DNA of 34,157 nucleotides from Calditrichia bacterium. Its GTDB lineage: Bacteria > Calditrichota > Calditrichia > JAJRVZ01. Below, piece by piece: positions 9,833 to 18,523 of this stretch. The stretch spans positions 1 through 34,157 of the forward strand of contig JAGLYF010000052.1 of assembly GCA_023132435.1 (NCBI GenBank), given 5' to 3'. Numbering within the stretch: position 1 is the stretch's first letter; each line of letters begins with the position of its first letter. The notes beneath the pieces are model-generated. The model saw only the letters and a list, made by a program, of their open reading frames with translations. It was not told the DNA's origin and ran no database searches. A program made the position numbers and the translations under genes.

Positions 9833-11683
9833 CTATCTCACCAACAACATCTTTTGCGTTGCCTTAAAACTGCCCGCATCCAGCACACAAAAATAAACAC
9901 CACTGGGCACTGCCTGCCCCATTGAATTCCGCCCATCCCAGGTCAGTTGATACAATCCCGGTGGTTGCTGCTCATCTCTTAAGGTAACAACCAACTGACC
10001 GAGGACATCATAGATTTTGATAACTACCCGATAGGATGATTGATCACCCGGTAAATTATACCGAATGGTTGTCTCCGGATTGAAGGGATTGGGATAATTA
10101 CTATATAATTTAAAGTTCTGTGCATGAATATCCGAATCATCTTTCATTTGTGTTGCATCGGGGCTGACAAAAAAACCAAAGATATCCGAACTCCATAGAC
10201 TGTCCCCTTCGATATTTTTTGCCAGCACTTTCCAAAAATAGGTTTGGCCGGGGGTAAGTTCCCTAACGGAAAACGTTGTATCATATATATCAGAAAATAT
10301 TTCCGGATCGATGAAATCTTCGGTTATATCAAGGTAGAGTTTATATTCCAGTTCCCAAAAAAAGTTAAAGTGAACTTTGCTTGTTTGCTGCCAATTGAAG
10401 TTTACCCATACAGAGTCGAGTGTAGCATCATAGATTGGCTTTAGAAGAGAATAAGATCCAAGAGTATGTAAAATTGGATTTCCCAAATAGTATTTCCCAT
10501 AGATTCCATCACCCGAACCATCTTGGTGGTAATTACTTTCCCAACAAACCACAAAATCTCTGTTAGCTAATCCACTAATTGATGGAATCCACTGACTATT
10601 ATCCGTATAGGTGTTAACTTGGAACTCATAACCAGTTTTTTTTCCATTATCATTAAATATTTGTGCAAAAATCCCATACACCCAACCTTCCTGGCCATAG
10701 CTTTGCCAACAAATCACAAATCCCCCGTCAGCAAGACTACAAATATCCGGGGCTACTTGATCATCAATTACGTATGTATTCACCTGGAACTCTTGCCCTT
10801 TTTTTACACCATCGCTGGAAAATCTCTGTCCGAATATCCCTAATTCATCACCATCCTGCTGATGACTTTGCCAACAAATCACAAAATCACTATTGGATAG
10901 TGTACAAACTTTTGGTCTAGATTGCGCAAATTCTGTAGAGGTATTTACTTGATATTTATTTCCAATTTTTGTGCCATTATTATCAAAAAGTTGAGCAATT
11001 ATACCCCTCCTAATCCCATCCTGATCAGAACTTGGCCAACAAATAACGAATCCGCCTTCGTTAAATTTACTCACATTACCAGAAACAGCAATGCCAGTTG
11101 TATTTACTTGAAATTTCTGACCCCGTTTAGTTCCATTATTATTGTAAATTTGTCCGTATAATGTAGAAAGTGTGTCATCAAAGCCAAGTACTCCCCAACA
11201 AATTACAAATCCGCCATCCGATAAATCACTCACATGGGGACGCCATAAAGAATATGCTGGATTAGTATCAACATTGAATTCCTCGCCACGTTTAATACCA
11301 TTTTTATCAAGAATCTGTCCGGATATTGTATATCTATCGTCGCGATAGCCTGTCCAACAAACCACAAAACCACCATCCAACAAACTTCCTACATCAGAAT
11401 CGCGTTGATCATTACTTGTGTACGTGTTTACTTTGAACTCTTCACCGCGTTTTGTTCTATTTCCATTGTAAATTTGAGCGAAGATCCCTGTACCACTTCC
11501 ATCCTGTCCATAGCTCTCCCAACAGACCACAAAGCCGCTGTCAGGCAGGCTACTAACAGTTGAAAAACGCTGGCTATAATCCGTGTATGTATTTACCTGA
11601 AATTCCTGGTTATACTGGACGGTCTGGGCCTGTAAGTCGAGGCAATACAATATTATTAGAAATGGGGTTATCTTACCTGGCAT
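9833..11683 (-). CDS. secreted repeat protein with T9SS C-terminal sorting domain (seven ~48-aa repeats)
   Basis: Start refined to the ATG at 11683 (AAGGAG 7 nt upstream; signal MPGKITPFLIILYCLDLQA-QT). The body has seven units of consensus E-F-Q-V-N-T-Y-T...Q..P.V..L.DGGFVVCW.S...DGSG.GIFGQ.F..NG.K.G. After them comes a beta-rich (FN3-like?) region. The C-terminus NPFNPETTIRY...GQLV...GVYF matches the T9SS/FlgD-Ig-like sorting domain. Confidence 0.8.
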   Translation of the reverse strand: MPGKITPFLIILYCLDLQAQTVQYNQEFQVNTYTDYSQRFSTVSSLPDSGFVVCWESYGQDGSGTGIFAQIYNGNRTKRGEEFKVNTYTSNDQRDSDVGSLLDGGFVVCWTGYRDDRYTISGQILDKNGIKRGEEFNVDTNPAYSLWRPHVSDLSDGGFVICWGVLGFDDTLSTLYGQIYNNNGTKRGQKFQVNTTGIAVSGNVSKFNEGGFVICWPSSDQDGIRRGIIAQLFDNNGTKIGNKYQVNTSTEFAQSRPKVCTLSNSDFVICWQSHQQDGDELGIFGQRFSSDGVKKGQEFQVNTYVIDDQVAPDICSLADGGFVICWQSYGQEGWVYGIFAQIFNDNGKKTGYEFQVNTYTDNSQWIPSISGLANRDFVVCWESNYHQDGSGDGIYGKYYLGNPILHTLGSYSLLKPIYDATLDSVWVNFNWQQTSKVHFNFFWELEYKLYLDITEDFIDPEIFSDIYDTTFSVRELTPGQTYFWKVLAKNIEGDSLWSSDIFGFFVSPDATQMKDDSDIHAQNFKLYSNYPNPFNPETTIRYNLPGDQSSYRVVIKIYDVLGQLVVTLRDEQQPPGLYQLTWDGRNSMGQAVPSGVYFCVLDAGSFKATQKMLLVR

Positions 11684-11773
11684 GTAAATGCTCCTTATAT
11701 TTTTCCTGTCTATCCTGTCCACCTCGGCGGATCCCGTCTTTCTCGGGATTATCCTGTCAAATTATATTTGGAA

Positions 11774-12634
11774 CTATCTTACCAGCAGCATTTTTTGCGT
11801 TGCTCTAAAACTGCCCGCATCCAGCACACAAAAATAAACACCGCTGGGCACTGCCTGCCCCGCCGCATTCCGGCCATTCCAGATTAAATGATACAATCCC
11901 GGCCGTTGCTGCTCATCCTTTAAGATTTTAACCAGTTGGCCTAAGACATCATATATTTTGATGATCACCCGATACGCTGATTGATCGGCCGGTAAGCTAT
12001 AACGAATGGTCGTCTCCGGATTGAAGGGATTGGGATAATTGGGATACAGTTTAAAGGTTTCAGGTTTCAGGACTAGATCGTCCTCAATCCCGGCAGCGGG
12101 ACTGACATAAAAACCAAAGGTTTCCGAACTCCATAGACTGTCACCCTCATACGTCTTCGCCAGCACTTTCCAAAAATATGTTTGACCGGGGCTCAGATTT
12201 TTAACAGAAAATGTCGAATCATAGATGTCAGAAAATATTTCCGGATTGCTAAAATCTTCGGTTACATCAAGGTAAAGTTTGTATGTCAATTCCCAGGGAA
12301 AGTTTACATGGATTGGACTTGTTTTCTGCCACTGGAAGTTGACTGTTGTTGAATACAATATTGCATCATATGCTGGAAAAATAAGTGAAAAAGATTGCAG
12401 CAAATGCAAAATCGGCGTTCCCAGGTAGTATTTTCCATAAATATTATATCTGCCACGATCCTGGCCGAAGCTCTGCCAACAAACCACAAAACCACCATCA
12501 AATAGGCCACTCACACCAGGTTTGTTAGCATCGTCAGTTGTATTTACCCGGAATTCCTGGTTATACTGGACGGTCTGGGCCTCTACGCTGAAGCAAAATA
12601 AAATTATTAACAAGATCGTAATCTTAACCGGCAT
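11774..12634 (-). CDS. T9SS cargo paralog (single repeat; collapsed variant of 9833-11683)
   Basis: AAGGAG plus ATG. It has the same signal peptide type, one QVNT...DGGFVVCW repeat, then middle and C-terminal sorting domains near-identical to those of its neighbour. Confidence 0.8.
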   Translation of the reverse strand: MPVKITILLIILFCFSVEAQTVQYNQEFRVNTTDDANKPGVSGLFDGGFVVCWQSFGQDRGRYNIYGKYYLGTPILHLLQSFSLIFPAYDAILYSTTVNFQWQKTSPIHVNFPWELTYKLYLDVTEDFSNPEIFSDIYDSTFSVKNLSPGQTYFWKVLAKTYEGDSLWSSETFGFYVSPAAGIEDDLVLKPETFKLYPNYPNPFNPETTIRYSLPADQSAYRVIIKIYDVLGQLVKILKDEQQRPGLYHLIWNGRNAAGQAVPSGVYFCVLDAGSFRATQKMLLVR

Positions 12635-12749
12635 GAAAATACTCCTTATTTTGGTGATATCTTCTCACCTCTCAATGTTTTTTTGACAGGATAACAGGAT
12701 AGATCCCGAGGATTCGGGATTATCCTGTCAAATTATTTTCTACGTGATT

Positions 12750-14840
12750 CTATCTTACCAGCAACATCTTTTGTGTTGCCTCAGAACTGCCTGCTTTCAG
12801 TATGAGAAAATAGACACCACTGGGCACGGTCTGCCCCGCTGAATTCCGCCCATCCCAGATTAAATGATACAATCCCGGCCGTTGCTGCTCATCCTTTAAG
12901 ATTTTAACCAGTTGGCCTAAGACATCATATATTTTAATAATAACATGGTAAGAAGATTGATCTGCCGGTAAACTGTAACGTATGGTCGTCTCCGGATTGA
13001 AGGGATTGGGATAATTGGCATACAATTTAAATTCCCCAGGTACAATTTTCGATTTTTTCTGTTCAACATCCGTTGGGTCCACATACAACGCCGTATAGGG
13101 GGTTAATATTTGAAAGGTTAAACTGAGTTCGATCACCTGGTTCACCAGTTCATCGGTCTCTCCATAGATCTCGATTAAATCAAGAAGATGGTCAATCTTT
13201 CCTCTCGCCCAGAGACGGGGAACAAAACGATACCCCCCCAGGGTATCAGGAAAACTGCTCATTTTTTCATAGGCGAGAGAGTCCGCACCAACCCAACCGG
13301 AGAGAGTAACCGGATAGGTACCGCTGCCATTATAAAGACCCAACTCAAGTGTTTGTGTTCCCCAGAAAAGATCCAATAAATTTTTAGGATAACAATCCCA
13401 GGTCTGCAGTCCGCCATAATTGATTTCCAGATCGGTCATTACCGGTTTGGATATCCGTTTAAAATGATTTTCGATCAGCAAGGCAATGCTGTCATCGGAT
13501 GTGATGAAAGTGGCATATCCAAAATTATCCATCGACAATCTGGTTAACAAGGACCGGTCGATACCATCTCCAACACCAAATGAGAAAATACGCACATCTT
13601 TTGTATTATTATTTGATGCATTTTGAATGATTGAATCAGGATTTGTTTCACCGATAGTCGGCGCACCATCTGTAAGGAAGATCAGGTTTCTTGAAGTCGT
13701 ATCACGAAAAGACTGGGTTAAAGAGGAATCCAGAGCGGCGCTGATATTGGTCATCCCCAGGGCAAACATTTCATAAACAAAGTTTTGGGCATCGGAAATA
13801 TTTTCTGCACTGGCTTCGACCAGATCTTCTTTAAACTGAATGATGTGCGTGCCAAAAGTAATTATATTGAAATAATCTTTAGGACTGAGCTGATCCAGAA
13901 ATATGGAGAGAGATTGTTTAACCTGTGCAATTCTTTCCCCTTCCATACTGGAAGAAACATCTGCGGTAAAGACGAGATCTTTGGAAATTATTTCTTCATC
14001 AGTAATGCTGTCCGGAGGGGTAATCCACAAGGCATAAAAGCTATCAGTTCCAAATGAATCGGCCGGTGTCGGGGTATAAGTCAAAAGGCTGAATTCCACA
14101 TCGTCACGCAAGGTCTCATACTGAATGATCAGATCCGTATTCGGGAAGAAATTTTCATCGCCAAATTCAAGTGTATAATGAAAATCGGAGTGCTTGGTTA
14201 TTTGTGTTGCCGGTGAACTTTCATGACTTGGAGATTCAAAATATTTGTAAGGATTCTGGGATTTGGCCGATAAATCAAAATGAACCGTTTCCAGAGGATT
14301 AGAAGAAAGATCGAGAGTATTCATAAGATATTTATAAGTTGAAATACCAAAATCATAATTTATCAATTCGACATAGGTTATTTCAGTTCGGAATTCACTC
14401 AGGGCATCGACTGGAACAATACTTAAGCGAAAAAGATTATCACCTAAATATTCCAACAATGCCGGATCAAGCCATTCCCTCAATTTCTTATTATAGTCAT
14501 CGATTGCCGCCTGGCGTTCGCGGATTTCTGCCACAAATCGTTCCCCGTTCACCCAGTAGACTAATTCGGTGATCATGGCACTTTCCGGTAATGGAAAGAT
14601 ATAAATCGCCTCCGCTGTTTGATTCAATTCGTTAAAAAACACCTGATCCACATGTGTTACAGCGACCTGATCCTGCATACTGGCTGTTACATCGAGCGAT
14701 TTTATCCATACTTTTTCATATTGAGCACTGCTAAAACGGGGACGAACATATAATATCCCTGTCGCTGTGGCTTCGTTAGCGATGAATAAAAACAGGAAGA
14801 AAAAAAGTATACAACCTTTAATTTTCGTAAATGAATACAT
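12750..14840 (-). CDS. VIT + von Willebrand factor A domain protein with T9SS C-terminal sorting domain
   Basis: Start refined to the ATG at 14840 (AAGGAG 7 nt upstream; signal MYSFTKIKGCILFFFLFLFIANEATA). It has an N-terminal VIT-like region, a VWA MIDAS motif DVSSSMEG...TNISAAL...FLTDGAPT, and a C-terminus KLYANYPNPFNPETTIRY...GVYFLIL. Confidence 0.85.
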   Translation of the reverse strand: MYSFTKIKGCILFFFLFLFIANEATATGILYVRPRFSSAQYEKVWIKSLDVTASMQDQVAVTHVDQVFFNELNQTAEAIYIFPLPESAMITELVYWVNGERFVAEIRERQAAIDDYNKKLREWLDPALLEYLGDNLFRLSIVPVDALSEFRTEITYVELINYDFGISTYKYLMNTLDLSSNPLETVHFDLSAKSQNPYKYFESPSHESSPATQITKHSDFHYTLEFGDENFFPNTDLIIQYETLRDDVEFSLLTYTPTPADSFGTDSFYALWITPPDSITDEEIISKDLVFTADVSSSMEGERIAQVKQSLSIFLDQLSPKDYFNIITFGTHIIQFKEDLVEASAENISDAQNFVYEMFALGMTNISAALDSSLTQSFRDTTSRNLIFLTDGAPTIGETNPDSIIQNASNNNTKDVRIFSFGVGDGIDRSLLTRLSMDNFGYATFITSDDSIALLIENHFKRISKPVMTDLEINYGGLQTWDCYPKNLLDLFWGTQTLELGLYNGSGTYPVTLSGWVGADSLAYEKMSSFPDTLGGYRFVPRLWARGKIDHLLDLIEIYGETDELVNQVIELSLTFQILTPYTALYVDPTDVEQKKSKIVPGEFKLYANYPNPFNPETTIRYSLPADQSSYHVIIKIYDVLGQLVKILKDEQQRPGLYHLIWDGRNSAGQTVPSGVYFLILKAGSSEATQKMLLVR

Positions 14841-15397
14841 CTTAATCTCCTTCTTTATTATCATAAAATTTTCCGGTCGTCAGGGCAGATTAATGATTGT
14901 AACATAGTTTCAGGTTTAACAACTGCCTTTTAAACTTAAATGCCCTGTCTCCGGTGTTGAAAAATTATGCTAAGAGTCTTACAACCCTTAAAAGAATTTA
15001 TAGTAATATAATAAATATAAATAAATTGCTGATTAAAGATTGTGACAAATGATACAAATACTTTTTTATAAATAATCAATAGTATCCGGTTAAAAATAAT
15101 TTGATTCAAATAATGATTAAAGAACTCATCCGCGAAACTTCTTAGATGCTAAGAAATCACTTTTTATGATAAATAATTTTGCTTTTTTAGGTTTTATTGG
15201 TTAATATTATTGCTGAATTAATTGTATCTGTAGTTTCACCCTTCTGTTTTTGGTGATAAGTTTTTTAAGACACGTTTTAAAAACATAAGATTATCGTTGA
15301 GAATGGTGTAAGATAGCTGTTCAAGACGATTTTTTTTTGCCCGAAACAGGTTGAAAAAACAGATAAAGGCAACACATTAGAGATAAGGAAAGATCTT

Positions 15398-15598
15398 ATG
15401 GAAAAAGGAACTGTAAAATGGTTCAACGGCTCAAAAGGCTATGGCTTCATCTCCAGAGAAGAAGGTGCTGATGTCTTCGTGCATTATAACGCTATCGAAG
15501 GCGAAGGTTACAAATCATTGGATGAAGGTGACCAGGTTCAGTTTGAGATCGGAGAAGGTCCTAAAGGATTACAAGCGATCAACGTCACAAAGATATAA
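15398..15598 (+). CDS. cspA: cold-shock protein (CspA family)
   Basis: [20 protein letters not shown]...DVFVHYNAI is a canonical CSD with RNP1 and RNP2. The leader is long and AT-rich. Confidence 0.95.
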   Translation: MEKGTVKWFNGSKGYGFISREEGADVFVHYNAIEGEGYKSLDEGDQVQFEIGEGPKGLQAINVTKI

Positions 15599-15616
15599 AC
15601 AAAAAGTGTCTTTGGT

Positions 15617-15648
15617 AAACCCCGGCTTAATTATGCCGGGGTTTTTTT
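15617..15648 (+). terminator. rho-independent terminator of cspA
   Basis: AAACCCCGGC-ttaattat-GCCGGGGTTTTTTTAT forms a GC stem followed by a T-run, 20 nt after the stop codon. Confidence 0.85.
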
Positions 15649-15718
15649 ATTTAGAACCCATATTATTCAGTTTTTTAATCGTTAAAAGTTTTAAGCATTC
15701 AGTCTTTTATTTTCTCTC

Positions 15719-15822
15719 GTCATCCCGCCTATCAGGCTGTTGCAGAATACACAATATTCATCGATAATACTGTGTCTTTCTCACAAATTGTCATCCCCGC
15801 CCCGTATCAAGTGCGGGATGAC
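15719..15822. repeat. MITE/REP-like intergenic element, copy 1 (TIR GTCATCCCGC / GCGGGATGAC)
   Basis: About 90% identical over roughly 80 bp to 33966-34049. Both have terminal inverted repeats and an internal hairpin. Confidence 0.6.
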
Positions 15823-15880
15823 AAGATCCAAATAATCTTAATATCCTTGCAAGAAATAAGATAATCACGGAGGTGATTTA

Positions 15881-16177
15881 ATGACCATCAAAAAGTTAAG
15901 TGTTCTCCTGATGATAACTTCTCTTCTGTTTATTCTCAGTGGGTGTGCACCGGGTAGTGGTGCGAGTGCACCAGAAAATCCGGCCGGATTTTTTTCAGGT
16001 ATCTGGCATGGCTGGATCGCCCCGATTACGTTGATCTGGGGTCTATTCAATGAATCCATTCGTGTTTACGAGCCAATAAATACCGGTTGGTGGTATGATT
16101 TTGGTTTTTATATCGCAATAATTGGAGGATTTGGCAGTATATCATTTATCAGGAGACAACAGAAGGATAAAGAGTAA
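15881..16177 (+). CDS. small lipoprotein/membrane protein, hypothetical
   Basis: Signal plus lipobox LFILSGC, then two hydrophobic segments. GGAGGTG lies upstream. It abuts rho in the same frame, separated by TAA. Confidence 0.45.
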   Translation: MTIKKLSVLLMITSLLFILSGCAPGSGASAPENPAGFFSGIWHGWIAPITLIWGLFNESIRVYEPINTGWWYDFGFYIAIIGGFGSISFIRRQQKDKE

Positions 16178-16180
16178 TAT

Positions 16181-17287
16181 ATGGCCCAGAAAGTTAATGG
16201 TGTTTATCAACGTCTACCACAGGGTGGTGGATTTTTACGAGATCCTGCCCTTTCATTCCAACCCGGTCCTCAGGATACATGGGTTTCTTCTCAATTGATC
16301 AGACAATTTGGTCTCACAAATGGAGCCGATGTCAAAGGCTCAGCAGACCAAACAAAAAAAGGACTTCAACTGGTAACTATTGATTCAATCTGCGATCTAG
16401 AACCGGAACAATTTAAAACCCGTACCCGATTTGAAAAATTACTGGCGATAAATCCAAAAGATAGAATTCAATTGGCTAAAAGCGGTAATATCTCTATGCG
16501 AATTGTTGATTTGATTGCCCCCATCGGTAAGGGCACCCGTGGTTTGATCGTATCCCCCCCCAAATCCGGCAAAACCCAACTTTTGGAGGATATGGCTAAT
16601 GCCATTTATACCTGTGAACCGGAGATTCGTATTATAGTATTATTGATCGATGAGCGGCCGGAAGAAGTAACCCATTTCAGACGTAATGTTCATGGTGAAG
16701 TTTTGGCCAGTTCCAGCGACCAGAGTATAGAATCACACGTTAATCTTGCCGAACTGACTATGGCCCATATTCGATGTGAATTGGAGAGTGGGAGAGATGT
16801 TGTAGTTTTACTTGACAGTATCACCCGGATGGCCCGGGCATTCAATATCCATGGCAGCGGATCAGGCCGGACAATGTCGGGTGGTCTGGATGCCAGAGCA
16901 CTTGAGATTCCGAGAAGATTCTTCGGACTGGCACGCAATATTGAAAATGGGGGTTCAGTAACCGTTATGGCCACTGCCCAGATTGACACCGGCTCGCGAA
17001 TGGATGGTTATATTTTCGAAGAATTTAAAAGCACCGGAAATAGTGAAATTGTTTTGGATCGCAGTCTTGCAGAGGCGAGAATATTCCCGGCAATTAATCT
17101 TTTATCCAGTGGCACCCGCCGGGAAGAACTGCTTTATAGTGAAAAAGAGATGCAATTGCTTGATCCCCTGCGTCGTTGGATGGCTGACTATGAGCCTAAA
17201 GCGGCCATGCGGGGATTGATCAAGCTGGTGAGTAAAACACCTACAAATAGCAAACTTATCGACCAATTTAAATCGATCCTCGAATGA
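16181..17287 (+). CDS. rho: transcription termination factor Rho (lacks N-terminal helix-bundle subdomain)
   Basis: An OB-fold begins at residue 5 (GVYQRLPQGGGFLRDP). Other motifs are Walker A IAPIGKGTRGLIVSPPKSGKT, the Q and R loops, and a C-terminal RecA fold. No frame encodes a helix bundle in the 150 bp upstream. Confidence 0.9.
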   Translation: MAQKVNGVYQRLPQGGGFLRDPALSFQPGPQDTWVSSQLIRQFGLTNGADVKGSADQTKKGLQLVTIDSICDLEPEQFKTRTRFEKLLAINPKDRIQLAKSGNISMRIVDLIAPIGKGTRGLIVSPPKSGKTQLLEDMANAIYTCEPEIRIIVLLIDERPEEVTHFRRNVHGEVLASSSDQSIESHVNLAELTMAHIRCELESGRDVVVLLDSITRMARAFNIHGSGSGRTMSGGLDARALEIPRRFFGLARNIENGGSVTVMATAQIDTGSRMDGYIFEEFKSTGNSEIVLDRSLAEARIFPAINLLSSGTRREELLYSEKEMQLLDPLRRWMADYEPKAAMRGLIKLVSKTPTNSKLIDQFKSILE

Positions 17288-18258
17288 CAAGCCGTGAGCG
17301 ATTTTTAACTGTAATGTCTTTTGGTAAACCAGATCGGGTACCCTATTTTGAAGAAGGTATTCGCAGAGATGTTCTCAAAGCCTGGCGTAAACAAGGATTG
17401 TCATCCGGGAAAAAATTATCTGATATGTTCACTACGGACCGGTTTGAAGAAATCGCCCCTGAACTGGTCCCAATCCCCGATTTTAATACCTGGCCTACCG
17501 ATGTAAATGAACTGGATATCCTTAAAAATAGATTAAATCCGGATGATCCGCATCGTTTTCCCAGAAACTGGAAAAAAAAACTTCAACTTTTAAAAAAAAA
17601 TGATCAGGTATTGTTTTATCGTGTGCACAGGGGTCTTTTTTTATCGCTTGGTGTATATAAATGGCATCGTTTTATGGAAGTGATCTCTCTTCTTTTCGAG
17701 GATCCTGAATATGTACATCGCGTACTGACCATTCAGGCCGAATTCGCGGTAAAAATACTGGAAAATATTCTAAAAGAAGCGGAAATTGATGCTATCATTT
17801 TTGGTGAACCGATTGGCGGTAACAAAGGACCACTTGTATCGCCTGCTATGTATGAAAAATTTGTCCTTGAAAGTTTTCAGCCTATCTTTAACGTCTTAAA
17901 AAATAACAAGATAGAAACAATTATCGTCAGAACCTATGCCAATGCCAGGATACTCATCCCCAGTCTTCTAAAATATGGGATAAATTGTTTATGGGCATGT
18001 GAAACAAATGTTGAGGCAATGGATTATCGGGATTTACGAAAGGAATTTGGAAAAGATTTACGATTGATTGGAGGAATTGATCTGGATGCCCTACGTAAGG
18101 ATAAAGACGCGATCCGACGTGAAATTGAGGACAAGGTCCCGTCACTGATCGCTGAGGGCGGTTATATTCCTCTTGCTGATGGCCGGATTAGAAAAGAGAT
18201 ATCCTTTGAAAATTATGTTTACTATCGCCAATTGCTGGAACAGGTGACTAAGACTTAA
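17284..18258 (+). CDS. uroporphyrinogen decarboxylase (URO-D)-like family protein
   Basis: Overlaps rho by 4 nt (ATGA). The N-terminal MTSRERFLTVMSFGKPDRVPY resembles the URO-D/MtaA-type N-terminus. Length 324 aa. Confidence 0.5.
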   Translation: MTSRERFLTVMSFGKPDRVPYFEEGIRRDVLKAWRKQGLSSGKKLSDMFTTDRFEEIAPELVPIPDFNTWPTDVNELDILKNRLNPDDPHRFPRNWKKKLQLLKKNDQVLFYRVHRGLFLSLGVYKWHRFMEVISLLFEDPEYVHRVLTIQAEFAVKILENILKEAEIDAIIFGEPIGGNKGPLVSPAMYEKFVLESFQPIFNVLKNNKIETIIVRTYANARILIPSLLKYGINCLWACETNVEAMDYRDLRKEFGKDLRLIGGIDLDALRKDKDAIRREIEDKVPSLIAEGGYIPLADGRIRKEISFENYVYYRQLLEQVTKT

Positions 18259-18281
18259 CATTTACAGCAGCGACACAATTG

Positions 18282-18454
18282 TTTTTATCCACGAATTTCA
18301 CGAATTGGTCCACTAATTATATGACTTTATATATATCTTAAAATATTGTACTGAATATGATACAAAAAATTTATGGCTGAAATCATATAAAAAAGAAAGT
18401 TACAAAATAATTTGTGCAATTCGTGTTTAAATTCGTGTAATTCGTGGATAAAAA
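18282..18454. repeat. palindromic intergenic element with 16-bp perfect TIRs (TTTTTATCCACGAATT) and tandem CACGAATT sub-motifs
   Basis: Perfect inverted termini at 18282-18297 and 18439-18454. The left arm has two CACGAATT 8-mers and the right arm has three (as AATTCGTG). The core is AT-rich. Confidence 0.65.
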
Positions 18455-18523
18455 ACTTAGCGACTTTGTGGGATATTTATGAATAGATCAGGCTAGTAAA
18501 CTAATTTTTGTCTGAGGACAGCC

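Noticed and set aside
10244-11161. Plus-strand ORFs inside the repeat-protein gene
   Set aside because: They are antisense or out-of-frame artefacts of the repetitive coding sequence.
15441-15767. 108-aa ORF overlapping cspA and the MITE-like element
   Set aside because: It is out of frame with the clearly real cspA and runs through the cspA terminator and the repeat. It is a six-frame artefact.
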